Positions 44,628 through 55,555 are shown, counted from the stretch's first letter. The stretch is 64,000 bases of DNA from a virus (IMGVR_UViG_3300026484_000065:1-64000), one strand, 5' to 3'. Notes: generated by a model not told the origin, from the letters alone. Numbers and translations are program-made.

Positions 44628-46182
44628 TGTAGATGAGCATTTAGACAACATAGATTATACATCGCAGTATAGTCCAACAGTTAGTAGTGTTTATTTCACA
44701 AACTTCATAAAGCTTGTTGAAGATGGAGAGCCTGAAAATAAAACACCAGTTGTTCACCTGAGGATACTTGATAGTATTTTTACTAGGCATCAAAGTACCG
44801 CAATCATGAGCCACAGGGGTATTGCAAAGTCAACATTGATGGAATATATATTGTGGCATTGTGCAGTGTTTGGATATATACCTGATGGTGTTGGAAAGTT
44901 TAAAGTTGATTTCGCTTTATATATTTCAGATGCAATAGACAATGGTGTTAAGACAATGAGGAAATCTATTGATAGTAGATTTGAGAGAAGCAACTTCTTA
45001 AGAAAGCATATCAAGGAAATTAAAACAACAGAGACAAGGCTAGAGTTCACAAGGATTAATGGTACAAAGTTTATAGTTAGAATGTATGGTGCTGCAACTG
45101 GTGTTCGTGGTGCCAGAGAACTAGGGCAAAGACCAACATTGGCAATACTGGATGACTTGGTGCAAAAGGAAGAACTAGCTAGAAGTAAGCCATTTATAGA
45201 AAGTATTAATTCAACAGTATATTCTGATGTTGAAGATGCAATGCACCCTACTAAAAGAAAGGTTATTTGGCTTGGTACTCCCTTTAATCAAGGGGATCCT
45301 TTATACGAGGCAATTGAGTCTGGCGCATGGAAAACAAGTGTGTACCCAATAGCAGAGAGATTCCCATGCACAAGAGAAGAATTTAAAGGCTCTTGGGAAG
45401 AAAGATTTACGTATGATGCGGTAATGACAACATACAAGAAACGTCTTGCTGCTGGGCTTGTAGATAAGTTCTATAGGGAACTTATGCTTAAGGTAAGTTC
45501 AGAAGATGAACAGGTATTGGATGTTAATGATATTATAGAGGTAAGCGAACTAGATATTTCTAGTTGCAATATATATATAACAACAGATTTTGCAACAAGT
45601 GAAAAAGAGAAAGCGGATTATAGCGTTATAAGTGTTTGGGCGCTAACACAGGATAAAGAATATGTCTTGATAGATGGTATATGCAAAAGACAATTGATGG
45701 ATGCAAACGTAGAAGACCTTATGGAATTTATAGCTAGATACAGACCATTTGGAGTAAGTATAGAAAGAAGTGGTGCTCAAAAAGGGTTTATAGAATGGAT
45801 AAAAGGAAAGATGATTGAGAGAGGATTATACACTCAAATATTAGGAAATATAGGTTCTAATCAAGAAGGCGTGTACCCAAGCAAGGATAAGTTAAGTAGG
45901 TTTATGGAGGTTGTTCCTTTGTTTAGATCTGGAAAAGTAAAGTATCTAAGTTCATTGGATAGCTCTTATAAATCTGAATTACTCAACGAGCTAAAGAACG
46001 TAACAATATCTGGAATAAAGTCAAAGCATGATGATGTTTTAGATACAATATCTATGCTAATTCTTTCAGAGTTGATTTTTCCAGATAGTGGTGGAAACTA
46101 TTCGGAGGACCAAACAGTTCACAGGTATGATGAAATAGGTATAGAAAGCAACAATGAATTAATAAGTTTATTTGAGGATTAA
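44590..46182 (+). CDS. Terminase large subunit
   Basis: HRGIAKST Walker A, RPTLAILDD, GTP, TTDFATS..ADYS RNase H-fold nuclease, KHDDVLD. Confidence 0.95.
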   Translation: MFNWLVLKMKKISVDEHLDNIDYTSQYSPTVSSVYFTNFIKLVEDGEPENKTPVVHLRILDSIFTRHQSTAIMSHRGIAKSTLMEYILWHCAVFGYIPDGVGKFKVDFALYISDAIDNGVKTMRKSIDSRFERSNFLRKHIKEIKTTETRLEFTRINGTKFIVRMYGAATGVRGARELGQRPTLAILDDLVQKEELARSKPFIESINSTVYSDVEDAMHPTKRKVIWLGTPFNQGDPLYEAIESGAWKTSVYPIAERFPCTREEFKGSWEERFTYDAVMTTYKKRLAAGLVDKFYRELMLKVSSEDEQVLDVNDIIEVSELDISSCNIYITTDFATSEKEKADYSVISVWALTQDKEYVLIDGICKRQLMDANVEDLMEFIARYRPFGVSIERSGAQKGFIEWIKGKMIERGLYTQILGNIGSNQEGVYPSKDKLSRFMEVVPLFRSGKVKYLSSLDSSYKSELLNELKNVTISGIKSKHDDVLDTISMLILSELIFPDSGGNYSEDQTVHRYDEIGIESNNELISLFED

Positions 46183-46185
46183 AAA

Positions 46186-46863
46186 ATGGACATAACTAAA
46201 TATAGAGTTTTTGTAAAAGATTATGGGTTGACTGATGATGAGTTTGAAACTATTGCTTCTGTTGTTCTAGGTGATATATTTGTTGGTACTGAGACAAACT
46301 ATACAGGTATTAGTTCGACACTAAAGCATGATGAAAAAGAGATTGATTTGATGAAGAAAATAGATTCAAGTTCAGATACTGAATTAGTCTATAGTCTTGG
46401 AAAAAGTATTCCTGTTACAACAACTTCCACAACAGATATTCAGATTATCTCAATCATAGATGCAACTGTAACTTATGAGAACAATAATGTTAAAGAAGAG
46501 ATCTCTTTAATATATGATGGATTCTTAGTGAATGAAAGTGGAAATAAATATATTGTAAATACTGATGCATTAAAATCTTTATTTGGTACTGAATACAATA
46601 TAGATATAAAAATAATTGCCACAGTAAGTATTGCGCATGGCTTGATTGATGAAACGATGGAAGAGAAGATAAGAAATGCTTTTATTGCTGGTATTCAATA
46701 TTATGCTAGTACCACAATGCAATCAGCGCAAGATACGCAAACTGAACAGTTTAACTCACAAGTCTACTACAGAGCAAAACAAGCTCTTATGTATAGATAT
46801 GGAAATCAATATAGTGTTGTTGACCATAGAACAGTAGAAAACTCATGGAAACTTAGAGGATAA
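46186..46863 (+). CDS. Virion protein, putative head-tail adaptor (N4 gp67 position)
   Basis: Synteny after TerL. Confidence 0.5.
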   Translation: MDITKYRVFVKDYGLTDDEFETIASVVLGDIFVGTETNYTGISSTLKHDEKEIDLMKKIDSSSDTELVYSLGKSIPVTTTSTTDIQIISIIDATVTYENNNVKEEISLIYDGFLVNESGNKYIVNTDALKSLFGTEYNIDIKIIATVSIAHGLIDETMEEKIRNAFIAGIQYYASTTMQSAQDTQTEQFNSQVYYRAKQALMYRYGNQYSVVDHRTVENSWKLRG

Positions 46864-46866
46864 AGT

Positions 46867-49458
46867 ATGAGAGTTCATATTTTCAATAAATTCTCTGACA
46901 AGAGAAAAAAGATTTATGAGTGGGACAATAATGATTCGATATTCTATATTCATTATTTATTAGCTAAGTATCTCATTGATGGTAGTGAATCATATGTATC
47001 GAAACTGTACAAGAAGATAGATTTAAGTGTTGGTACTCTTGATAATATGTATATTAAGAAGTTTATCAACGCATTAACTATGTCTGATAGCTCACTTGAA
47101 GTTACAGCAACTAGCAAATGCTTATCACAGGAACAAGCTCTGGATACTAATGGTTTATATTCTTTACCTGAAACAACAGTTCAAAAAGGAACAAATACAT
47201 TGACTCAATTATTTGGTGGTGTTAGTTTTAGAGGGTACTCAAATAATGGTGGAAGCAGATTGATACTTGGTACTAAAGATGATGATAAATTTGTTTACAG
47301 AGATATTGATTGTAGAAAGCAAGTTGATGTTGGATTTGATGTTGATATTTCAACTCTTCCTGCAGGTGTAGTATATGCTCTGTATTTGGTACCAATGAAG
47401 TTCTATGATGAAGACACTATAAAAGATACAATAAAAAATAATGCTGTAGGAGATATTGTCCTTGATGATGATGGGCACTTCAATGGTCTTGAGGATGAAT
47501 GGGGAATAGGTTATGGGGATGCACAGTATATCCAAGATATGGGAACTATAGAGATAGATATACTTGAATGCTCTACAACTGGTATGCAAGCTACTTTACA
47601 TGGGTACATAAGAAATGATGGCGATGACATAATAGAAGATGATGATGGCGTACCGCAATTGGATAGAGCTGGTATATGGAAGTCTATTCACGGAATGTGC
47701 CAAACAGACCAAAATAGATTTGAAGACAATGCTGTTATTTATACTGATTCTTATGGTGACTATAATGCAATGACTTTTGGTCCAGGAGAAAGCTTTAAAA
47801 TAAATTCACTAAAGCCTTTTAGAGTTGAATGTTCGATTTATGGAGGCGAACACCCTCATCATGGAAAAGATGATGTCATTAAGATGCAGGTATCAATAAT
47901 GCAAGGTTCTGAATGTTTCATAATTGAGGTTGAATCAAAAGGATTTCCAGTTGATGCACTAGAAAAAATGCATCTTGTTAGTGCTATATGGGCTACTGAA
48001 CATCAGGATTCGATAGGGCAAGATGAAATATTTAAGACATCATGGTGGCTTGATGGTTTTAGATGGGACAAGGAACCACCAAGAGATTTTAGAGGATGGT
48101 GTACCACAAATAGTTCTCATTCAAACATCAAGATAGTACCACATCTAACAAGTGAGGAGAGGTATAGATTTTATTCATATGCAAATAAATCAATGTTTTT
48201 AATAGAGCACAATGATACAAACAGCTATGATAGCTTATTGCCTGTGTATTCTCAGATGTCAAACCTTTCAATAGTATGTGATACAGATAATGATGTTATA
48301 GATAACGATGATGTTTGGGTACTAGATTATATGTATAGAGGACTCTCTAGCCAGAGCAGTCTGAATAATTGGCATGGAACATATGGTTCAACATATGGCG
48401 TATTTTTTAATAATAAAGATTTAATTTCTGGTGGTAAGAATTATCTATCAAAATATATGGTTAATGTTGATGCTGGTACAAGCAAAAAGGCTTATATTGA
48501 TAAATTAAATACAAATTGGAACGTAGAAGATTCTTTCACTAAGTCACTAAGAAAAACATTGTCTACTGATGGTGTAGCTCCAGCAAATGAAAACATTGAG
48601 ACAACTTTCGATGAAGGAAGTTCTGATGCAAATGTAATAAAAACAACTTTTAAATCAATAGAAGTAAAAACAATACGTGATGCAGATTTGTGTATAAACT
48701 ATGACGATACAGTTCTCGATGTGAAAGTAGAGGATGAGGAGAACGGAAAAGATTTTTATGAGTGGTACTTTGATTTTGAAGATGAAACAAAAAGCTCAAC
48801 TTCAATGCATCCATTATGGGATGAACCTTATAGTACCAAAATATGTACTTTTACAACACCAGAGTTTATTGATTCAAGTGAGCCAAATGCAAGAAAATGG
48901 TATATGAAGAAAAATGGAGATGATAACCATTACTCATTCAGTATAAACGATACAGATTATCTTGAAGATGTTGGTACTCTATCTTTTGAGATACTTTCAG
49001 TTGATATGTCTGCATCAACAATTGAGGAACGAGCTGAATCTGCTGAAAATAATTGGCTAAGCGGAAACGGATATGGTGAATACAGTCTCAGAGTTGATAG
49101 TTATGGAAGAATTGTTATTAATTATCTTAAATGGAATGGTTCTAGCTTTTCTGGAACATCATGGCATAGCAGGGAATATACAATACTTGTAAACACAAAA
49201 TATATAGTAACGTTTGTTTTTACGGACAATAAAGAAAAGTTGAATCTGTATTTAAATGGTGTACCTATCGTTGTATTGGACAGAGGAACTCCTGGAGCTA
49301 TATTTAAAAATACATCTATGAAATTTGGTCCTGCTGCTGATAGTGGAAAAGTAAACATAACTGCCAGCATAGATAAAATCTATATCTCAAACAAGATTCT
49401 TGATAAAAATGAAGTTTTTGAGCTGGCAAACAATAAATACAAAATCAAATCGTATTGA
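46867..49458 (+). CDS. Virion/tail protein with GH7-like glycoside hydrolase domain and C-terminal LamG/ConA domain
   Basis: GSRLIL, FDVDISTLPAG...ALYLVPM, GIGYGDAQ, EIDILE..H, FGPGESFKINSLKPFRV, LVSAIW, WLDG; C-terminal LNLYLNG..IDKIYISNKIL. Confidence 0.75.
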   Translation: MRVHIFNKFSDKRKKIYEWDNNDSIFYIHYLLAKYLIDGSESYVSKLYKKIDLSVGTLDNMYIKKFINALTMSDSSLEVTATSKCLSQEQALDTNGLYSLPETTVQKGTNTLTQLFGGVSFRGYSNNGGSRLILGTKDDDKFVYRDIDCRKQVDVGFDVDISTLPAGVVYALYLVPMKFYDEDTIKDTIKNNAVGDIVLDDDGHFNGLEDEWGIGYGDAQYIQDMGTIEIDILECSTTGMQATLHGYIRNDGDDIIEDDDGVPQLDRAGIWKSIHGMCQTDQNRFEDNAVIYTDSYGDYNAMTFGPGESFKINSLKPFRVECSIYGGEHPHHGKDDVIKMQVSIMQGSECFIIEVESKGFPVDALEKMHLVSAIWATEHQDSIGQDEIFKTSWWLDGFRWDKEPPRDFRGWCTTNSSHSNIKIVPHLTSEERYRFYSYANKSMFLIEHNDTNSYDSLLPVYSQMSNLSIVCDTDNDVIDNDDVWVLDYMYRGLSSQSSLNNWHGTYGSTYGVFFNNKDLISGGKNYLSKYMVNVDAGTSKKAYIDKLNTNWNVEDSFTKSLRKTLSTDGVAPANENIETTFDEGSSDANVIKTTFKSIEVKTIRDADLCINYDDTVLDVKVEDEENGKDFYEWYFDFEDETKSSTSMHPLWDEPYSTKICTFTTPEFIDSSEPNARKWYMKKNGDDNHYSFSINDTDYLEDVGTLSFEILSVDMSASTIEERAESAENNWLSGNGYGEYSLRVDSYGRIVINYLKWNGSSFSGTSWHSREYTILVNTKYIVTFVFTDNKEKLNLYLNGVPIVVLDRGTPGAIFKNTSMKFGPAADSGKVNITASIDKIYISNKILDKNEVFELANNKYKIKSY

Positions 49459-49514
49459 TTTATGTATAATTACAGAATTGCTGTATGCAATAAAACAAAC
49501 ACAAAGGAACACAT

Positions 49515-49757
49515 ATGAGAAGTGTTAAGTTAAAATACAAACAATGGGTACAGGTGAGTGATGATAAATGCTCGTACCAAAACAGAGCAAAGCATGAAGT
49601 TCTTATGAGCACAAGTGTTGATGAGCCAGTAAGCACAGAAGAAGCTTTTACTTTCAAGGCAGGAGAGTTTGGGTCTTTTGAGTCGTCAAATAGTTCAAAG
49701 CTATGGGCATATAGCGATGTGTTAAGCAATGGATATATTTCCGTAGAGGATGAATAA
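49515..49757 (+). CDS. Small virion-associated protein
   Basis: ORF track; AAGGA RBS. Confidence 0.6.
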   Translation: MRSVKLKYKQWVQVSDDKCSYQNRAKHEVLMSTSVDEPVSTEEAFTFKAGEFGSFESSNSSKLWAYSDVLSNGYISVEDE

Positions 49758-52700
49758 ATGATTGCTAAAGGATTTGATAATAAAACAGGAATCACGCTAG
49801 GTAGCGGGTCTGATGTTTCTAAAGATAAAGCAATTTATGATGCTTCAGATTCAATAGATGGCATACTGGATATTTCGTATAATGCTTATGGGTACACAAA
49901 AGAACTGAAGAAAAGTGAAAGGTTTGAGGAGACAAATACTCCTTATATTATTCAAGAAAAGGGTGGAGACGCCATTAGATTTAGTAAAGGATTAGTAAAA
50001 AGAAATAATGCAGAAAACATTCATTTGCCCTTAGCTCCTTTTGCTGATGGTTCAACAGATGAGTTGCTGAGCCATAGTGACAATGGTTTTGAAACACAGG
50101 TGGACCACAAAGCTGGAGACATTATTCATTGTGGAGATGGTGCAGAGTTGGTTAGTAATGGTACGTTTGACAGTGATGTAGATGGATGGGAGGCACATAA
50201 TGCAGATATTAGCTCAGAAAGTGGAAAGCTAAAGGTTGATGACAGTGCAGATAGTGGAGGCAATAGTTGTGCTTCGCAAAGCTTAAGCCTAGTTGCTGGT
50301 GTTAAATATTTAATACGAGTAGATTTAATTGATGCTACTGATACTACATATGTTCAAATAGGCTCATCATCATCAAAATATGAAACGTTAGAGAGAGTGC
50401 TTTCGCTTGGAGACAACTCGTTTGAGTTTACCGCAGATGATAAATCTACAAACATAAACTTAGTGGTTGCAAACGACAAGATAGCTTACTTTGACAACAT
50501 CTCAGTAAAACCAGTTGAACAAACATATCAATCATTAGTACCAACAACTAGCGGAGATTTAGTCACAGATGGTACAAGGTTCTCAAAGATTGATTTTGTT
50601 TCAAGACAAGATGTAATCTTCATTGGAGAAGATGGTAAATATAAAACAATCAAAGGTTATCATAACTTCCCAGCTGGCTTTAGTGCAGATGATGTAGCTA
50701 ATGCTTATGGGTTTACTAAAAAAGGTAAAGGTTTATTTGAAGTAAATGATTTAGAATGTGTTGGAGATGATGGAGTTGCAACTACTTATACTGGAGAGAT
50801 TACAAGCATTAGTTTAGTTAGCAGATTGAATGCAGGTGCTTATCATCCTGCTCACAACGCATTTGGTACTTCAGCAACTTCCGAAACTGATGACCCTGGC
50901 AGTATTTCCGCAAGAAGCTGGTATTCTCGTGACGCCTACAACATTACAAGCACTTACGAAACATTTGAGACCTGTGAGCTTGAAGATGATGTAGCAAAAG
51001 GCAGTAGAAATTACCGAAACTACATAAATGAGTCTGAAGATAACTCATATAGACCTGATAAGAAACATTGTGATAAAGTTTATTTTGAGGGACTTGGTGG
51101 ATTAATTTTCAGAAATACGTTGGCTATTAAACCAAATAAAAAAGATTTATTGGAAGATGAAACTAACGAGCTAGTTGATGTTGATGAGATGAATGAAGAG
51201 TGTGGTGTTAGGTGTAAAATGATTAAAGGTAACTCGGCTTACCTGTGGGGTTCAAATAATGGAAAAACAAATGAGGTTAGATTTACAGGATTAGTAGATA
51301 CTTCTACAATAAGCATTGGAACTGGTTTGAGTGGATACTACTTAGTATCAGGCACAGTACACGCAGTTAGAGGAACTGTTACATCTATGCTAGATAATAG
51401 TTGGGTTACAATAACAGTAGATAGTGGTTTGACCAATGGAAATACTGGTGCATCAGATAGATATGGTGTTGATGCAGTGCTGACAACACCATTGAATCAG
51501 CTCCTTCAACAGGGCAAAGTATTAACTATTGATGTTGTAGGTAATCCAGCTAAATATTCTATTTCAGATAGCCCAGATGAATTACATTCAGACTCAACAG
51601 ATAGTGGAGAGTTATTGAGACACGGTGCATTGTGTTGGAATGTAGACACAAATAAAATGTATATTTACCTAGATACAGATGACAGAGACAATGTGGATAT
51701 GACAGCTGAAGACTTTAATGATGTAGCCAAATATAAGTATGTTATTGGACGCTATCCTGATAGTTGGCACAATAGATTAGATAGTGGTCTGAGTTTGCCT
51801 TTTAATCCGTTACTAGTTGGGCAAGAGGGTAAGAATTACATACCTAGAGATATATCGAATCTCACAATACTTAGTAAAAAATCAAAACAATACTATTTGC
51901 TTTCGTGGAATGTAAAGGATAGTGATAAAACATTTTTTAATCGAGGAATTTATCCCCCACACCTAGAATCTAGCAAGGTGAATCACGTTTTACAACGCGG
52001 CACTTTTAAAACAAATATGGTTAGTGCCATTTTTTATCATTCTCTACCAACTCCAACAACACAATCAGACCCTAAACAGGTATTGATGGTAAGTGATAAA
52101 GTATTGGCATCGAATTCACTTTCTTGGTATCAAGGTGGGGGCATTGTTAATGCTGTAACTGGCAAGGTAAGTGTAGGAAACAACGAAATTACAGAAGTGA
52201 ATAGTCTAAATGGTTCCGTATGCGCAGATGGCTCAATAAAAGGAAAACTAGGGCACTCAACAATAAACCTAGACAATAGCAACTCTCCAGCTGCTAAAGC
52301 ATTTACAACTTTGTGTGTAGATGATAATGATGAGTTGCTTATAGGTCTTGTTGGTGAGGAGATAGTATGGGATTTTGAAGATGGTACACCGCATACATTT
52401 ATTAGCTGGGACAAGGATGATGATGAAGAAATAACATTGGTTAAAAATAGCATATATGTGTTCATACCAGAAAATCCAAATGGTACAAATAAAAATAGGA
52501 TTGATAATATATTCGCTAACAGAGTATATAGATATATTGGCGATGGGATGACAATAAACAGAAATGATGTTTATAGCTTAAAATTTAAGCTAGACAACGG
52601 TGGAGGTTCAAACTTTGGAAACATGATGATTCTTCCAGACGGAACACTTATGTACACTGGTGGAGCAAAATGTATTAACTTTGAGCTGTGGGGCGGCAAT

Positions 52701-52814
52701 GGCTTTGGAGATAATCGAAAATTCAATCAGTTGGCAAATGGAACTGTGACCGACCTAAATGGAAATGCAGTTAGAACATACAATGGTTTTAAAAGAACTG
52801 GTTACTATATTTAA
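49758..52814 (+). CDS. Tail fibre / receptor-binding protein with carbohydrate-binding-like module
   Basis: ELVSNGTFDSDVDGW...SQSLSLVAGVKY..FDNISVK CBM-like segment; followed by a fibre-assembly gene. Confidence 0.7.
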   Translation: MIAKGFDNKTGITLGSGSDVSKDKAIYDASDSIDGILDISYNAYGYTKELKKSERFEETNTPYIIQEKGGDAIRFSKGLVKRNNAENIHLPLAPFADGSTDELLSHSDNGFETQVDHKAGDIIHCGDGAELVSNGTFDSDVDGWEAHNADISSESGKLKVDDSADSGGNSCASQSLSLVAGVKYLIRVDLIDATDTTYVQIGSSSSKYETLERVLSLGDNSFEFTADDKSTNINLVVANDKIAYFDNISVKPVEQTYQSLVPTTSGDLVTDGTRFSKIDFVSRQDVIFIGEDGKYKTIKGYHNFPAGFSADDVANAYGFTKKGKGLFEVNDLECVGDDGVATTYTGEITSISLVSRLNAGAYHPAHNAFGTSATSETDDPGSISARSWYSRDAYNITSTYETFETCELEDDVAKGSRNYRNYINESEDNSYRPDKKHCDKVYFEGLGGLIFRNTLAIKPNKKDLLEDETNELVDVDEMNEECGVRCKMIKGNSAYLWGSNNGKTNEVRFTGLVDTSTISIGTGLSGYYLVSGTVHAVRGTVTSMLDNSWVTITVDSGLTNGNTGASDRYGVDAVLTTPLNQLLQQGKVLTIDVVGNPAKYSISDSPDELHSDSTDSGELLRHGALCWNVDTNKMYIYLDTDDRDNVDMTAEDFNDVAKYKYVIGRYPDSWHNRLDSGLSLPFNPLLVGQEGKNYIPRDISNLTILSKKSKQYYLLSWNVKDSDKTFFNRGIYPPHLESSKVNHVLQRGTFKTNMVSAIFYHSLPTPTTQSDPKQVLMVSDKVLASNSLSWYQGGGIVNAVTGKVSVGNNEITEVNSLNGSVCADGSIKGKLGHSTINLDNSNSPAAKAFTTLCVDDNDELLIGLVGEEIVWDFEDGTPHTFISWDKDDDEEITLVKNSIYVFIPENPNGTNKNRIDNIFANRVYRYIGDGMTINRNDVYSLKFKLDNGGGSNFGNMMILPDGTLMYTGGAKCINFELWGGNGFGDNRKFNQLANGTVTDLNGNAVRTYNGFKRTGYYI

Positions 52815-52821
52815 AGGGTGA

Positions 52822-53436
52822 ATGATGCTAGATAGAATTAAATTAGCTTTAGAACAAAATAAAGAAAAAGGTGCAAAGGTTCTCATTAGAGAATACTTTG
52901 CCAACCAGCATAAAGATAAATGGCTAGAAGATAAACGTAAAAACTATGAAGAGCTTAAATTAGATATTACATTTGATGAATGGTTAAACGAAGAAGTTGT
53001 GGTACAAGAAGCTACGGAAGATGAGCCAGAGATTACTGAATTAGTCAGAGAATATATGCTGCCGACCGATGAAGAATTTGAAGAATATTTAAATAACTCT
53101 TATTTATGGAAAGAGTACCAAACAAAGAAAGCTAAAGAAGCAAAAGCTAATTTACTAGCTACTATGAAAGTAGAGTTAGACAACTTAGAACTACAAGCTG
53201 ATAGTACTTCATTAGTATATATGAATAGTGTTGGTACTATTGCAAGTAAATATTTTAACAAATTGCTTGCTAGCGGAGCAAATGCAGAAGATGCTTATAG
53301 AACTATTTATATAGAGACAACTATCGACTGGAAAGATGCAAATAACACAGTCAATCCAGTTAGCGTAGAAACTATTATTGATGGACTAGAATTAGCTGTT
53401 AGAAAGGTAGGCGAAATTGTTAAACAAAATTCTTAG
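52822..53436 (+). CDS. Tail fibre assembly protein (DUF4376-like)
   Basis: LQADSTS...TIDWKDANN. Confidence 0.65.
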   Translation: MMLDRIKLALEQNKEKGAKVLIREYFANQHKDKWLEDKRKNYEELKLDITFDEWLNEEVVVQEATEDEPEITELVREYMLPTDEEFEEYLNNSYLWKEYQTKKAKEAKANLLATMKVELDNLELQADSTSLVYMNSVGTIASKYFNKLLASGANAEDAYRTIYIETTIDWKDANNTVNPVSVETIIDGLELAVRKVGEIVKQNS

Positions 53437-53701
53437 ATACCCAGAAAAAATCCCATCGGATAAAAGACTTCACGCCTTAATCGGCGTTGTCTTGTCATCT
53501 ATATTGCTAAGCCTCAATATTAATCTGTATATTTTTATTGCAGTTTTATTTATTGTAGCTTGGGGAATTGAGTATTACCAACTCGCTACAAAGAGTGGAA
53601 ACTTTGACCACTATGATGCAATAGCAGTGGTTGTTGGAGGATTGTTGGTGCTAGCTCCATATCTATTGAAGGGCTATAATGAAGTTAATTTTTTATGGTA
53701 A
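53417..53701 (+). CDS. VanZ-like small membrane protein
   Basis: DKRLHA...WGIEYYQ...FDHYDAIA; three TM segments. Confidence 0.6.
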   Translation: MLNKILRYPEKIPSDKRLHALIGVVLSSILLSLNINLYIFIAVLFIVAWGIEYYQLATKSGNFDHYDAIAVVVGGLLVLAPYLLKGYNEVNFLW

Positions 53702-54209
53702 TCAAAAAGGGAACTGGATAGATAAACTAATTAGATGGTGGACTTCTCCACTATCTTGGAAGCTTAACGGTGATTGGAAGTATGCTCCTAGTCACGTAGA
53801 GATACTTTTCAGCGATGGGTTAATGTTTTCTGCTAGTGGAAGAGAAAATAAAGCAAGATTTAAAAAGCATAATCCAAAAGGTAAAGCTTGGATAAGAGTT
53901 CCTAGCGAAACAGACAGAGCTAGTGAAGCAATTGTAAGATTGTTTTGTACTAGTTTGGCTGGAAGAAGTTACGATTATGCTGGTGTATCTGGCTTTGCAT
54001 TGCCGATTAAGCAAGATAAACGAAAATGGTTTTGTAGTGAAATAACTACAAGAGCATTACAGCAACTAGATATTAGTGAACTAAAGTGCTTGGTACCACA
54101 CAAAACAAGCCCGTTAGATTTATTATTGGCTACTGGAGCCGAATTTGATAGTAAATTTAAAGAGTGGAAAATCAAGCCATTAAAGGTTTTAAATGAACTT
54201 GGAAGTTAG
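53679..54209 (+). CDS. Permuted papain-like NlpC/P60 (YiiX-type) protein
   Basis: SHVEI, YDYAG, WFCSE. Confidence 0.8.
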   Translation: MKLIFYGNQKGNWIDKLIRWWTSPLSWKLNGDWKYAPSHVEILFSDGLMFSASGRENKARFKKHNPKGKAWIRVPSETDRASEAIVRLFCTSLAGRSYDYAGVSGFALPIKQDKRKWFCSEITTRALQQLDISELKCLVPHKTSPLDLLLATGAEFDSKFKEWKIKPLKVLNELGS

Positions 54210-54591
54210 TACATTAATAGAGATAGTTGGGGTTATATTTGCTATATACGGTAGCTTTGTTGTATCTAAATTTAAAGTGTCGGCACTTGAGGAAAGAATG
54301 GAAAAAATGAACGCCCAAATAGATATTGCAAACGACTTTATGACGAGTAATGTTAGAAGACTTGAGCATTATGACAAAATAGAAGATGCTATGTTTAGAA
54401 AATTAGATAGGTACGGCACGGATATAACAACGTTAAAAGAAGCTGTAAATCAGAGTGTAACAATAAAAGACGTAAGTGACCAATTTACACATATATCTGA
54501 ATATTTAGCACAAAAAGAGTGTATGAACTCAGATATAAAGAAGTTGGAACATAGAATTCATAGACTAGAAGAAAGAATATATCATAGCTAG
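54193..54591 (+). CDS. Membrane-anchored coiled-coil protein (lysis accessory?)
   Basis: N-terminal TM then coiled coil; upstream of the lysis gene. Confidence 0.55.
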   Translation: MNLEVSTLIEIVGVIFAIYGSFVVSKFKVSALEERMEKMNAQIDIANDFMTSNVRRLEHYDKIEDAMFRKLDRYGTDITTLKEAVNQSVTIKDVSDQFTHISEYLAQKECMNSDIKKLEHRIHRLEERIYHS

Positions 54592-54612
54592 AGTTCAATT
54601 AAAGGATAAATA

Positions 54613-55539
54613 ATGTTTGGATTAAGTATTTTAGAGACCGTAGTAGATGGAGTAAAAGACCACTTTAAAGGCAAGCAAGAATTGAAGAAGCTAGAGGCAG
54701 AAGCCAAAAAGAAAATCTTAGAAGTTGAAACACAAGCTAAGGTTGCAACACAACAAGCTAAGATTGACATGTTGAGAGCTTCACAAGACAATGATTTTAA
54801 GCTAGATATGATAGCTATGCAGTCTATGAACAAGTCTTGGAAAGATGAATTTATACTAGCAGTATTCACAGCGCCATTAGTTTTAGCATTTGTACCATCA
54901 GCACAAGGCTATATAATGGGAGGGTTTCAACTAATGGAGTTTATACCCGAATGGTGGATTTATCTAGTTATAGGCATGGTTGTGAGTATTATGGGACTTA
55001 GAGGACTACTTCACGAGTTTATGAAGAATAAGCCTAAACTTAGTTTTGGTGGCAAATCAGTACCAAAAAAAGAAGTGTTTCATTCTCCAGCTAATCCAAA
55101 GGAATTAGTTAGCAACTACAAGTCTAAGTACTTTAAGATTGAAGAGTTGGTACCAAAAGAGTTATATGAGAAACACAGTGAAAATGAATTATGGAGCATG
55201 TTAGATGATAGGTTGTTAAAAGATTTAGACAAGCTAAAAGAAGTATTTGACAAAGGAACAATGACTATTAATAATTGGAAATGGGGCGGTAATCGTAACT
55301 GGTCTGGGATAAGAACAGAAGGCAGTCCTTACTATAGTTCAGGAAGTATGCACTCATTTGGCAAAGCCTTTGATATCATATTTAGTGATTATGGGGCAGA
55401 GGAAGTTAGAAAGCACATAAAGGAACATAAAGAAGAATTTCCGGCTATTAAAGGTTTGGAACACAAAAAGAATGGCGAGCCGATTAGTTGGGTACACTTA
55501 GATACTAAAGACAGAGGACATCTGTTTTTTAATGTTTAA
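54613..55539 (+). CDS. Holin-like domain fused to M15 peptidase endolysin
   Basis: N-half SWKDEF plus TM helices; C-half YFKIEELVP, SMHSFGKAFD, SWVHLD. Confidence 0.8.
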   Translation: MFGLSILETVVDGVKDHFKGKQELKKLEAEAKKKILEVETQAKVATQQAKIDMLRASQDNDFKLDMIAMQSMNKSWKDEFILAVFTAPLVLAFVPSAQGYIMGGFQLMEFIPEWWIYLVIGMVVSIMGLRGLLHEFMKNKPKLSFGGKSVPKKEVFHSPANPKELVSNYKSKYFKIEELVPKELYEKHSENELWSMLDDRLLKDLDKLKEVFDKGTMTINNWKWGGNRNWSGIRTEGSPYYSSGSMHSFGKAFDIIFSDYGAEEVRKHIKEHKEEFPAIKGLEHKKNGEPISWVHLDTKDRGHLFFNV

Positions 55540-55555
55540 CACAAAAGGATAAAAA

